Positions 26,276 through 35,369 of a DNA stretch of 64,000 nt are shown one piece after another; within the stretch, counting starts at the first letter, position 1, and the number at the start of each line of letters is the position of its first letter. A program made the position numbers and the translations under genes. The stretch comes from Candidatus Falkowbacteria bacterium. Lineage in GTDB: Bacteria; Patescibacteriota; Patescibacteriia; UBA11705; JACRDX01. Location of the stretch: positions 3,626 through 67,625 of the forward strand of contig JAZDOE010000023.1 in the NCBI GenBank assembly GCA_043798985.1, given 5' to 3'. The notes beneath the pieces were generated by a model. It searched no databases and was not told the origin of the DNA. It was given only the letters and a program-made list of their open reading frames with translations.

Positions 26276-26611
26276 CTATTCCTTTAGTTTTAAATTGTTT
26301 TTGTGTCGGTTTTTATCCCTATTTGTTTTTTTATTCATATTTTTCTGAAACGCTTCCGTTAAATCAATGCCTGTTTGATTGGCAATACAAATAAGCACAA
26401 ACAATACATCTGCTAATTCATCTGACAACTTTTTATCATCAGATTTTTTAAAACTTTGATCACCATAAGTTCTGGATATTATCCGCGCCACCTCGCCAAC
26501 TTCTTCGGTCAATTGCGCTAACTGTGTCATTTCAGAAAAATATTTAACACCAATATCTTTTATCCAGTCATCAACGATTTGTTGGGCTTGTTTGATCGTG
26601 ATTTGAGACAT
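26276..26611 (-). CDS. MazG-like nucleoside triphosphate pyrophosphohydrolase
   Basis: EEVGEVARII and DELADVLFVL EExxE/D motifs of the all-alpha NTP-PPase fold. Confidence 0.65.
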   Translation of the reverse strand: MSQITIKQAQQIVDDWIKDIGVKYFSEMTQLAQLTEEVGEVARIISRTYGDQSFKKSDDKKLSDELADVLFVLICIANQTGIDLTEAFQKNMNKKTNRDKNRHKNNLKLKE

Positions 26612-26659
26612 AAAAATAATTCCTCATGCAAAATAGCAAAACCTTAATTACTTTAAAAT

Positions 26660-26718
26660 TATTCAACAAACTTGAACCGCGGCATTTTCACGCCGTCAAC
26701 AACAACTTCATCAAAAAA
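26660..26718 (-). pseudogene. duplicated 3' fragment of the DUF1653 gene (encodes MFFDEVVVDGVK.PRFKFV.)
   Basis: ~60 bp nearly identical to 26016-26075 (ccgtcaacaacaacttcatcaaaaaacat shared exactly). Confidence 0.5.
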
Positions 26719-26720
26719 CA

Positions 26721-27044
26721 TTATATTTTTTCCATCTCATTCATAATTTCTTGCAAGAGTTCGTCGCGCCGCTCGTTGAACGCCTGCGTTCTCGCGGCTT
26801 CAAAACTTTCCATTGCTTCGTCAACAAATCCAGCGGTAAAATATAGCCGCGCTCGCCGCAAATTGGACTGTATCAATTCAGTAGGATAATCAATAGCCGT
26901 TTCAACCTGTTTTTCTTCTTTTATCACCCAATCCTGCAAAAGTTTCTGCGCTTCCGGATTGTCCGCGCCCTTTTCTCTCAACAATCTCACCAACGCCAGT
27001 TCGGTTTCTGACCACTGCGCAATTGTGTTTTCAAATGTTTTCAT
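26721..27044 (-). CDS. hypothetical protein
   Basis: 107-aa ORF, acidic/helical, no motif recognised. Confidence 0.35.
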   Translation of the reverse strand: MKTFENTIAQWSETELALVRLLREKGADNPEAQKLLQDWVIKEEKQVETAIDYPTELIQSNLRRARLYFTAGFVDEAMESFEAARTQAFNERRDELLQEIMNEMEKI

Positions 27045-27053
27045 ATATACAAT

Positions 27054-28343
27054 CTATTTTTTCACAATCCTCTCCTGCCCTGCCATATATGGCCGCAAAA
27101 CTTCGGGAATGGTAATTGAACCATCAACGTTTTGATAAATTTCCAAAATCGGAATTAAAATTCTTGGAGTTGCGATCACTGTATTGTTAAGCGTGTGGCA
27201 AAAATGAATTTTGCCGTCAGCGTCGCGGTATCGCAAATTAAGCCGTCGCGCCTGATAGTCATACAAAATTGAACAAGAATGCGTTTCGCCATAGCCCTCG
27301 CGCGACGGCATCCATGTTTCAAGATCAACCATGTACGCGGTTTTTGCCGCCAAATCTCCGGAACAATTTACAACAATCCGATATGGCAACTTCAAACTTT
27401 GCAACAAATCTTCTGTGTTTTTTTGCAACTCCGCGTGCATCCGCTCGCTTTCATCTTTATCATTTTTACAAATTATGAGCTGCTCCACTTTATTAAATTG
27501 ATGCACGCGGTACAATCCTTGCGTGTCTTTTCCATAAGTTCCAGCCTCGCGGCGAAAACATGAAGAAACGCCAGCGTATTTCAGCGGCAACTGCTGACCA
27601 TCAACAATGTCATTCATGTGCATACCGCAAATTGACGCCTCCGAAGTTCCCACCAAATATTTGTCATCCTGCTGAACATAATAAACCTGCTCTTCACCTT
27701 CTGGAAAAAACCCAGCGCCAACAAGAATTTCTTTATTAATCAAAACAGGCACGATTAACAAACAGTAGCCGCGATTTGTAATAAAATCCTGCGCGTATTT
27801 TATTAGCGCTTGTTCCAATCTCGCGCCGTCGCCTTTGAGAATGTATGAGCGGCTGCCAGCGACTTTAACGCCAGATTCAAAATCAATAATATCCAATTCT
27901 TTGCCCAATGTAATATGATCCTTGGGCTCAAATTTAAACTTTGGCAAATCGCCCCATTTTTTAATTTCCTTATTTTCTTTGTCGCTCGCGCCTTGCGGCA
28001 CTCGCGAGTCCAAAATATTCGGCATTTCCAACAAAATCACTTGCATTTTATCTTTCAGCATTCTCAATTTTCCCTCAACTTCCGCTTGCTCAACATCCAT
28101 TTTTTTCATTTCATTCAAAATCGCTTTTTTATCCGCGTCTTTTTTCGTCACAATTTCTTTTGACACGCGATTTTTCTTTGCCTGAAAATTTTCAAAACGC
28201 AATTGCAGTTTGTGTCGCTCGTCATCCATTTCCAGCAATTTATCAAGATCAATGGAACGGCGCCGCATTTTCAGCGATCGCTCAACCTCTCCCCTATTTT
28301 CGCGAATAAATTTTATATCTAACATACTATTTTTTAATTTCAA
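27054..28343 (-). CDS. serS: seryl-tRNA synthetase
   Basis: N-terminal coiled-coil arm then class II core (FRREAG..., GSGLALGR-type motif 3 region); 429 aa. Confidence 0.85.
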   Translation of the reverse strand: MKLKNSMLDIKFIRENRGEVERSLKMRRRSIDLDKLLEMDDERHKLQLRFENFQAKKNRVSKEIVTKKDADKKAILNEMKKMDVEQAEVEGKLRMLKDKMQVILLEMPNILDSRVPQGASDKENKEIKKWGDLPKFKFEPKDHITLGKELDIIDFESGVKVAGSRSYILKGDGARLEQALIKYAQDFITNRGYCLLIVPVLINKEILVGAGFFPEGEEQVYYVQQDDKYLVGTSEASICGMHMNDIVDGQQLPLKYAGVSSCFRREAGTYGKDTQGLYRVHQFNKVEQLIICKNDKDESERMHAELQKNTEDLLQSLKLPYRIVVNCSGDLAAKTAYMVDLETWMPSREGYGETHSCSILYDYQARRLNLRYRDADGKIHFCHTLNNTVIATPRILIPILEIYQNVDGSITIPEVLRPYMAGQERIVKK

Positions 28344-28809
28344 TTACTTTATATTCCACGATTCCGCGTGGAGTTTCAACTTCCACTTTGTCGCCTTTTT
28401 TGTGTCCGTAAAATGAGCTCCCCAAAGGGGATTCAATTGAAATTTTGCCGGCCATAGGATCAGCTTCATTAAAACTCACCAGTTGAAATTCGCGCTCTTT
28501 ATCTGCCGCGTCTTTCGCGACAAATTTTGTTGACATTCCAATTTTATTTCCAGTTTCCTCGTCCATAATAATTGAACTTTTCAAAGTCGCCTCAATTTCA
28601 GCAATTCGCGCGGCCATAAATCCTTGCGTGTCTTTTGCTTCCTGGTACTCGGCATTTTCCGACAAATCGCCCATTTCCTTTGCCTTTTCAATGCGATCAA
28701 TAATCTCTGGCATTTTTACTTCTTTCAAATCCTTTAACTCGCCCGCTAATTTTTGATAACCGTCTTTTGTCAAAATCTTTTGCATAAAAAATCTGCGCGA
28801 AAAGCGCAA
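28327..28809 (-). CDS. greA: transcription elongation factor GreA
   Basis: N-terminal coiled coil with acidic tip (DLSENAEY), C-terminal FKBP-like domain; TTGATAC-N17-TGATAAT promoter upstream. Confidence 0.8.
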   Translation of the reverse strand: MRFSRRFFMQKILTKDGYQKLAGELKDLKEVKMPEIIDRIEKAKEMGDLSENAEYQEAKDTQGFMAARIAEIEATLKSSIIMDEETGNKIGMSTKFVAKDAADKEREFQLVSFNEADPMAGKISIESPLGSSFYGHKKGDKVEVETPRGIVEYKVIEIKK

Positions 28810-28926
28810 TTTAAAAATTAATCATTAAAACTTTTAAATTCATTTAAAATTACAAAATTAAAAATTATCACTCGCACTATACCTATAGTATCAATCTTTG
28901 AAACATCCTGCAACAACATTCAACGC

Positions 28927-30933
28927 TTACTGCTTATTATGCTGCCACCAATATAAAAATTCCTGCGCGATCGGCACTGCGACTGTGCTACCTTCGCCGC
29001 CTTCTTCAATCAAAACGGTGATAACGATTTGCGGATTATTATACGGCGCAAAACCAGTGAACCACGCGTGCGATTTTTTCGTCATATCCCACTGCGCAGT
29101 GCCCGTTTTTCCGGCCACAGCCATTGGTAAATTGTTCAAACGTTTCGCCGAACCATATGTGACGGCCTGCCGCATTCCGCTACGCACAATGTCAATATTC
29201 TTTTTGGAAATAAAATCTTTTCGGATAATTTCCGGTTCAATATTTTTCAACAAACCCGTTTGCTCATTGGAAATGGTTTTAACCAAATGCGGTTTGTACA
29301 AAGTTCCGTGATTTGCGATTACAGCCGTGTAGCTCGCGACCTGCAAAGGTGTCGCCAACAAATCACCCTGCCCGATTGCCAAATGATAAGTGTCGCCAAT
29401 AAACCAGCGCTCACCCTTGGCGCTTTCTTTCCAGCCGGCAGTCGGCAAAAAACCTGTTGCTTCATTTGGCAAATCAATGCCCAACTTTTGATTCAGACCA
29501 AAAAGCTCGGAATATGCTTTGATTTTATAAACGCCAAGCCCGACAAACTTTTGCCAGCCACCGCCAATAATGTAGAAAAATGTGTTCACAGAATCTGCCA
29601 ATGCTTTTGTCACATTTGTAATTCCATGACCGCCGGCTTTCCAATCCGGAAAAAACCACTGGTCTATTTTAATTCCGCCAACGCTTAAGAAGCTGGTGTT
29701 TTCATTGATAATCCCTTCCTGCAACGCCGCGGCCGCGATGACAGGCTTTATCACAGAGCCAGACGGATATTCGCCGCTTACCGCGCGATTAAAAAGCGGC
29801 TGATTAGGGTTGTCTATCAACTTCTGGAAATCCTGCTGCGAAATACCGCTGGCAAATAAATTATTATCAAACGCTGGCTCACTTACCATGGCAATAATTT
29901 CGCCGTTGTTTGGATTCATCGCGATCGCAACTGCCCGCTGTTTGTTAATCCGCGCTAATTGCGCTTTGACAATTTCTTCAAGTTTTTTTTGCGCGTCAAA
30001 ATCAAGCGATAAAACCAAATCATTGCCTTTTACAATTTTGTCTTCAGCGATCACGCTTTTTTCCTTGCCAGCGGAATCAACCTCAACTTCGCGTTTGCCA
30101 GATTCACCGCGCAAATCATTTTCATAAAAAAGTTCCAGCCCAGTTTTGCCAACTCGATCATTCAACAAATAACCTTTATATTGCAAAACATCAAATTCTT
30201 CTGGCGAAATCACGCCCTCATAGCCAAGCACATGCGACAATGACTTTGCCCCACCTATGGCGGGGTACAGATATTTACGCTGGCCTCCGATTTTAACGCC
30301 AATGCCATTCGCGCCCTGCGCGAAAATTTTCAACTTCATTGCAATTTGATAATCCAAATTCGTTGCCAATGTCTGCGGTTCAAAATATTCTTTTTTAAAA
30401 GTTGGCGTGTTTACAATTTCAAAGAACCGCGCGGCATACTTATTTTGCCAATCAGCGGCCATTGTTGCCTGTAATCCCGTTTCAATTTCTCTGCGTTCGG
30501 ATTCTTTTTTCGGCAAATCATACGGGATTACATATAAACTGAAATCTGGAATATTTTTCAACAATGGCCGCATTTCACTGTCATAAATTATGCCGCGCGG
30601 CGCGGCTAAATATTGCACGCGTATGCGGTTACGTTCAGCTAACGCTCCATAATATTTGCCTTTAACAATCTGCAATTGCCCCGCGCGAAAAAGTAGCGCG
30701 CCAAGGATTACAAGAATAATTATTAAAAAAACAGCTAACCGTTTGCGCGAAAGCGCCAGCCCCATATAATTTTTTCCGCTTTTGTTCAATTCCTCAAAAG
30801 AAAAATTAATAAAAGAATCTTCAACCCACTGGCGCCATGTATTTCGTCCGAGCCGATCAACGCGCAGCTTGCGCGCGTCAATCATGAAAATCTCGTCCTC
30901 TGGATTTTGTTTGTCATCGTCAAAATTAGACAT
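28927..30933 (-). CDS. mrdA: penicillin-binding protein 2 (elongation-specific transpeptidase)
   Basis: N-terminal TM, SGSVIKP (SxxK), SxN and KTGTA motifs; directly downstream of mreBCD. Confidence 0.8.
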   Translation of the reverse strand: MSNFDDDKQNPEDEIFMIDARKLRVDRLGRNTWRQWVEDSFINFSFEELNKSGKNYMGLALSRKRLAVFLIIILVILGALLFRAGQLQIVKGKYYGALAERNRIRVQYLAAPRGIIYDSEMRPLLKNIPDFSLYVIPYDLPKKESERREIETGLQATMAADWQNKYAARFFEIVNTPTFKKEYFEPQTLATNLDYQIAMKLKIFAQGANGIGVKIGGQRKYLYPAIGGAKSLSHVLGYEGVISPEEFDVLQYKGYLLNDRVGKTGLELFYENDLRGESGKREVEVDSAGKEKSVIAEDKIVKGNDLVLSLDFDAQKKLEEIVKAQLARINKQRAVAIAMNPNNGEIIAMVSEPAFDNNLFASGISQQDFQKLIDNPNQPLFNRAVSGEYPSGSVIKPVIAAAALQEGIINENTSFLSVGGIKIDQWFFPDWKAGGHGITNVTKALADSVNTFFYIIGGGWQKFVGLGVYKIKAYSELFGLNQKLGIDLPNEATGFLPTAGWKESAKGERWFIGDTYHLAIGQGDLLATPLQVASYTAVIANHGTLYKPHLVKTISNEQTGLLKNIEPEIIRKDFISKKNIDIVRSGMRQAVTYGSAKRLNNLPMAVAGKTGTAQWDMTKKSHAWFTGFAPYNNPQIVITVLIEEGGEGSTVAVPIAQEFLYWWQHNKQ

Positions 30934-31406
30934 AATATTGCGACGAACGCCACGTTCATCACTTCCGCGTAAATTAAATCGGCAATCAGCGAACGATCAA
31001 ACAATCCAGCCAATAAATCCCTATCCTTAAAAAACGCGACCCCGACCGCGTAGAACCAAAAAACAAAATGATAAACTAATGTTGCCAAAAACATCAAAAT
31101 AATAATTGTGTAAAGAGAACGGTTTGTAAGCGCTGACAAAAAAATCCAATTACAAACGGACAATGCAACCAATAATCCAAGCAATATCGCGCCAAACGCA
31201 AACGCCGAATATATTTCCAAAATAATCCCGACAATGACTGAAAAAACAATTGCTTCCCTAAAATTTAACAAAAATCCCCAGAACACAAAACACGCTAAAA
31301 CAAAATCAAATCGCGAAAACGGCAGTCCTAAAACAGGCAAAAAACTGGTTTGCATCAAAACCAGCCCAACGATAAACAATGTTTTTTGAAAAACTGCTTT
31401 AACCAT
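30882..31406 (-). CDS. mreD: rod shape-determining protein MreD
   Basis: 174-aa polytopic membrane protein between mreC and mrdA. Confidence 0.55.
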   Translation of the reverse strand: MVKAVFQKTLFIVGLVLMQTSFLPVLGLPFSRFDFVLACFVFWGFLLNFREAIVFSVIVGIILEIYSAFAFGAILLGLLVALSVCNWIFLSALTNRSLYTIIILMFLATLVYHFVFWFYAVGVAFFKDRDLLAGLFDRSLIADLIYAEVMNVAFVAILCLILTMTNKIQRTRFS

Positions 31407-31421
31407 TATGGTTTTTTAACA

Positions 31422-32276
31422 TTATTGTTCTTGAATTATTATTGTCGCCAAACGCAACTTGTTAAATTCAACCGGAGATTTTATACTAGCTTGCTGAAAC
31501 AATGACCCTGGTTTTTTTACCACCGAATTTACCGTGCCTATTACCAAGCCAGAAGGCACATCTTTTTCCAATCCCGAAGTTGTCACCAAATCACCTTCCA
31601 CAACTTTTTCTTCCGGCGGGATAAAATCCATTTTTATGCCAAGACCATATTCGCCGACAACCAAACCAATGGTTTTATTTTGATTATTAATTGTTGCGGC
31701 GACATTGGACAAATCATCATTTATCAATAAAACGACGCTGGTTCCCGCGGCCACTTTATAAATCTTACCAACAAGCGTTCCGTTTCCGGTGACAACCGGC
31801 TGCCCAATTTCAACATTGTCCTTTGCTCCGCGATTGATGATCAGCGCGTTCACGCTCAAATCTGAACTTTTACCAATCACTCGCGCGGCAACACCTGTTT
31901 GTTTGGCTTTTTTCAAAAAACCGGATTGCTCCTGCAAAAATTTATTCTCTTCTTCCTGCTCGGCGCAATAACTTTCTCTTGCCAACAACCTTTCCATCTC
32001 GCTTCGCAACTTTTCATTGTCCTGTTTCAAATTTTTTATGTTTTCCAAGTCCACAAAAAAACCGTTGACTTTATTTGATAAATAATAAACGCCAGACTGC
32101 ATTGGTCGGAAAACAAAAGCAACGCTCTTTTCAATCGGCAATAGCGCGCCAATATAGTGTAAAAAAAATAATAGCCCCACTACTATTATAATCACCACTG
32201 AAAAATTAATTGTCCGACGAGGAAGCAACATGAAATTTTTACAAAATTCTGTCAGCGCTTGCAGATGGCACCTCAA
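31422..32276 (-). CDS. mreC: rod shape-determining protein MreC
   Basis: N-terminal TM, coiled coil, C-terminal beta-barrel region; position after mreB. Confidence 0.7.
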   Translation of the reverse strand: MRCHLQALTEFCKNFMLLPRRTINFSVVIIIVVGLLFFLHYIGALLPIEKSVAFVFRPMQSGVYYLSNKVNGFFVDLENIKNLKQDNEKLRSEMERLLARESYCAEQEEENKFLQEQSGFLKKAKQTGVAARVIGKSSDLSVNALIINRGAKDNVEIGQPVVTGNGTLVGKIYKVAAGTSVVLLINDDLSNVAATINNQNKTIGLVVGEYGLGIKMDFIPPEEKVVEGDLVTTSGLEKDVPSGLVIGTVNSVVKKPGSLFQQASIKSPVEFNKLRLATIIIQEQ

Positions 32277-33291
32277 CTTCTTCCAACAATTTATTGTCCT
32301 CCAACAACGCGTTCAACCCGCGAATGGTGCAAGTCACAGGATCATCGGCAATTCGCACAGGCACAGCCGCGGCTTTTGAAATCGCCTTATCAATGCCGCG
32401 CAATTTCGCGCCGCCTCCGGCCAAGACAATCCCACGCTCATAAATGTCAGCCACCAACTCGGGCGGCGTTGTTTCCAATGTTAATTTTAACGCCTCAATT
32501 ATCGCGTTGATTGACGGCGAAATCGCGTCGCGCACCTGATAATCGCTTATCACCAATTCGCGCGGCAAACCTGACACCAAATCGCGGCCGCGCATTTCCA
32601 TCTGCATTGGACTTTCTATTTCAAACGCTGAACCAATGTTTATTTTCAATTGTTCGGCAAATCTTTCTCCGATCAATAAATTAAAATGATCGCGCGCGTA
32701 GTTGATAATATCTTGGTCAAAAGTCTGTCCTGCGATTTTCAATGATTTCCAATTTACAACTCCATTCAAAGAAATAACAGCGATCTCGGTTTTTCCACCG
32801 CCAAGATTCACAATCAAACTGCCGGACGCGTCCTGCACTGGCAACCGCGCGCCAAGCGCGCTGGCCATTACCTCTTCAACCAAATGAACTTTGCCTGCGC
32901 CAGCAGACAGCACCGCGTCTTCCACTGCTTTTTTTTCAACTTCGGTGATGTCCAATGGAATATTAATTACGACTCCAGGGCGAAAAGCAAATCCAACTTG
33001 TTCGCGATAAATTTTATCAATAAAATACCGCAACATTTTTTCAGTCACCTCAAAATCGGAAATAATTCCATTTTCCAGCGGTCGGCTCAACGTGATGAAC
33101 TTCGGCGCCTTGCCAACCATTTTTCTCGCATCTTCGCCGACCGCCAAAATTCTATCCAAACGATTATTGATCGCCACAATTGACGGCTCCTGAATAATAA
33201 TGCCGCGATCCTGTACGCTAACAACAGTCTTGGACGTGCCAAGATCAATCGCGATTTTTTTGCTAAATTTGTTTAAAAATTTTTGAAACAT
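32239..33291 (-). CDS. mreB: actin-like rod shape protein MreB
   Basis: IDLGTSKT phosphate-1 motif, LGGG.TE phosphate-2, VLAGGGA adenosine motif. Confidence 0.85.
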   Translation of the reverse strand: MFQKFLNKFSKKIAIDLGTSKTVVSVQDRGIIIQEPSIVAINNRLDRILAVGEDARKMVGKAPKFITLSRPLENGIISDFEVTEKMLRYFIDKIYREQVGFAFRPGVVINIPLDITEVEKKAVEDAVLSAGAGKVHLVEEVMASALGARLPVQDASGSLIVNLGGGKTEIAVISLNGVVNWKSLKIAGQTFDQDIINYARDHFNLLIGERFAEQLKINIGSAFEIESPMQMEMRGRDLVSGLPRELVISDYQVRDAISPSINAIIEALKLTLETTPPELVADIYERGIVLAGGGAKLRGIDKAISKAAAVPVRIADDPVTCTIRGLNALLEDNKLLEEVEVPSASADRIL

Positions 33292-34532
33292 GTAGCATCA
33301 AGCTCCTTGATTTTTACCAGCCGAGCCTCCTTCTCATGCCGACATTTTACCTCGCAACTATCCTGTTGTAAAGTTTTTCTACTGACAATAATCCGCACAG
33401 GAATGCCGATCAAATCCGCGTCAACCAACTTTTCGCCGATTGACTTATCATCCCTTTCGTCAAACAAGATGCTATCCCCGCCGTTGGAAAGATTAAACTT
33501 TTCATAAATCTTTTTTGCGGTTGCCACAACTTCCTTGTCGTTTGTCAGGGCAATCAAATGCGCTGAAAATGGCGCGACATTTTTTGGCCAAATCATTCCT
33601 GCGTCATCGTGAAAAAGCTCAACAATCGTGCCCATAATTCGCGACGGCCCAATTCCATAAGCAGCCATTTCAATTGGTTGTTCATCGCCATTCTCATCCA
33701 CCCACTTAAAATTGAATGCGCTCGTGAACTTGGTTCTTTGTTTGAAAATATTACCGACCTCAATCGCTTTTCGCGCAACCAATTTTTTATTGCCGCATTC
33801 TGGGCATGTGTTTTGCTCGTCAATAATTTCTTTGTTCACTGCCACGCGGCATTTTTCGCACACATGAACAATGTCTTCGCCAGCTTCGCACAAAGTTTGA
33901 AATTCATGAGAATATTTGCTAAAAGTTCCGCCTGACGCGAATGTGAGCAATGTGACGTCGCCGATTCCAAGCCGATTGTAAATTTTAAAATACGCATCTT
34001 TCACTATTTCATAATAATTATTCAAATCCTTTTCAGTCGCGTGGAACGAGTACAAATCTTTCATGTTAAATTCTCTGCCGCGCAATAAACCAGACTTTGC
34101 GCGCGCCTCATTTCTGAATTTATTCTGGATTTGATAAACCGCGAGCGGCAAATCTTTGTATGACAAAACAAATTTTTGCACCAATGGCGTGACGATTTCT
34201 TCATGCGTTGGATTCAAAAACATCTTCGCGTCGCCTTGTCCCATTGTGCTGAAAAGCACGTCTGCCATTGTTTTGTCGCGGCCGGTTTGTTTGTAATTTT
34301 CTTCCTGCGTCAATGTTGGCATTAAAATTTCCTGGCCACCAATCGCGTTCATTTCTTCGCGAATAATATTTTGTATGCGCGTTAAAACTCGCAAGCCCAA
34401 TGGTAAATAATTATAAACGCCTGCCATTTGTTTTGAAATAAACCCCGCGCGAATCAGCAGCTGCGCGTTCACGCTGGTTTCGTCTTTTGGAATTTGTTTT
34501 ATTGTTTTTGTAAAAAGCTTAGACTGCAACAT
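33273..34532 (-). CDS. proS: prolyl-tRNA synthetase, short archaeal/eukaryotic-like type lacking the insertion editing domain
   Basis: class II motifs (FRNEARAKSGLLRGREF, GIGPSR), internal Cys4 zinc knuckle CEKC...CPEC; 419 aa. Confidence 0.8.
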   Translation of the reverse strand: MLQSKLFTKTIKQIPKDETSVNAQLLIRAGFISKQMAGVYNYLPLGLRVLTRIQNIIREEMNAIGGQEILMPTLTQEENYKQTGRDKTMADVLFSTMGQGDAKMFLNPTHEEIVTPLVQKFVLSYKDLPLAVYQIQNKFRNEARAKSGLLRGREFNMKDLYSFHATEKDLNNYYEIVKDAYFKIYNRLGIGDVTLLTFASGGTFSKYSHEFQTLCEAGEDIVHVCEKCRVAVNKEIIDEQNTCPECGNKKLVARKAIEVGNIFKQRTKFTSAFNFKWVDENGDEQPIEMAAYGIGPSRIMGTIVELFHDDAGMIWPKNVAPFSAHLIALTNDKEVVATAKKIYEKFNLSNGGDSILFDERDDKSIGEKLVDADLIGIPVRIIVSRKTLQQDSCEVKCRHEKEARLVKIKELDATCFKNF

Positions 34533-34651
34533 AAAAAAATTTTGAATTTTGAATTTTTAATTTTAAATCAATGTTGAATGTATAAATGTTTGAATGTTTC
34601 AAAATTCAGATTTAAAAATTCATTAAAAATTAGAAATTTGAAATTCAAAAA

Positions 34652-35011
34652 TTAATTACGCTTCCCCTCTCGGGGCATGGCTTTGCCATCTAACCAAAAA
34701 TCAATCAATATCACTGCCACGATTAGCAACAACAAAGTAAAAAGATTAAAGACCCGCAATCCCTGTAAAATCAATGGAATAATAAAAAGCGCTGCCAATA
34801 AAATAGCGCGGCGAATTATCATTTTATTATTTGTAGAAATCCGCAACGCGATAGTGGCAAACCCACTGACCAGCGCCAACAACAATAAAACATGAAAAAC
34901 AAAAAACGCCCAAAGTTTGCCCGGCGCTACAGTGCTAATGAAAATAAACCAGCTTGCCCAAACAATAATCGTCGCCATTGTTATGGCAACTTTGTATTTT
35001 TGTAAATTCAT
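34652..35011 (-). CDS. small polytopic membrane protein, hypothetical
   Basis: 119 aa, 3-4 hydrophobic helices. Confidence 0.35.
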   Translation of the reverse strand: MNLQKYKVAITMATIIVWASWFIFISTVAPGKLWAFFVFHVLLLLALVSGFATIALRISTNNKMIIRRAILLAALFIIPLILQGLRVFNLFTLLLLIVAVILIDFWLDGKAMPREGKRN

Positions 35012-35070
35012 AAGCGTCTTTTTAAATTATCTCTATCTTTCAATTTACCACAACGCCAAAAATTAACAAG

Positions 35071-35367
35071 CTAAACAAACCTGATTTTCTCAACAACCTT
35101 GCCGAATTTTGCAATTATTGCATTTGTAATGCGCGCTTCGCGCAAACGAATTTCCTGTGAAATTATAGAATTAGAACAATGAATCATCAATTCTTTATTT
35201 TTTATGGCAACAATTTTAACTTGGTTGTCAATGGCTGCCCCCCAAATTTCGTGTAGCAAAGTTTGAGCAAATCCAATAACCATGCCGATTTTCACCTGCC
35301 TCGCCCATGGCGCTGACATCATTTTATCGTCCAGCACCATGCCAATATGTTGGAAATTCTTTTTCAT
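35071..35367 (-). CDS. DUF721/DciA-like small protein
   Basis: W..vvG..a......L.v.v.s..waqEl......I...i....g.vv.kIrF pattern; location next to a replication/repair helicase. Confidence 0.4.
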   Translation of the reverse strand: MKKNFQHIGMVLDDKMMSAPWARQVKIGMVIGFAQTLLHEIWGAAIDNQVKIVAIKNKELMIHCSNSIISQEIRLREARITNAIIAKFGKVVEKIRFV

Positions 35368-35369
35368 AG

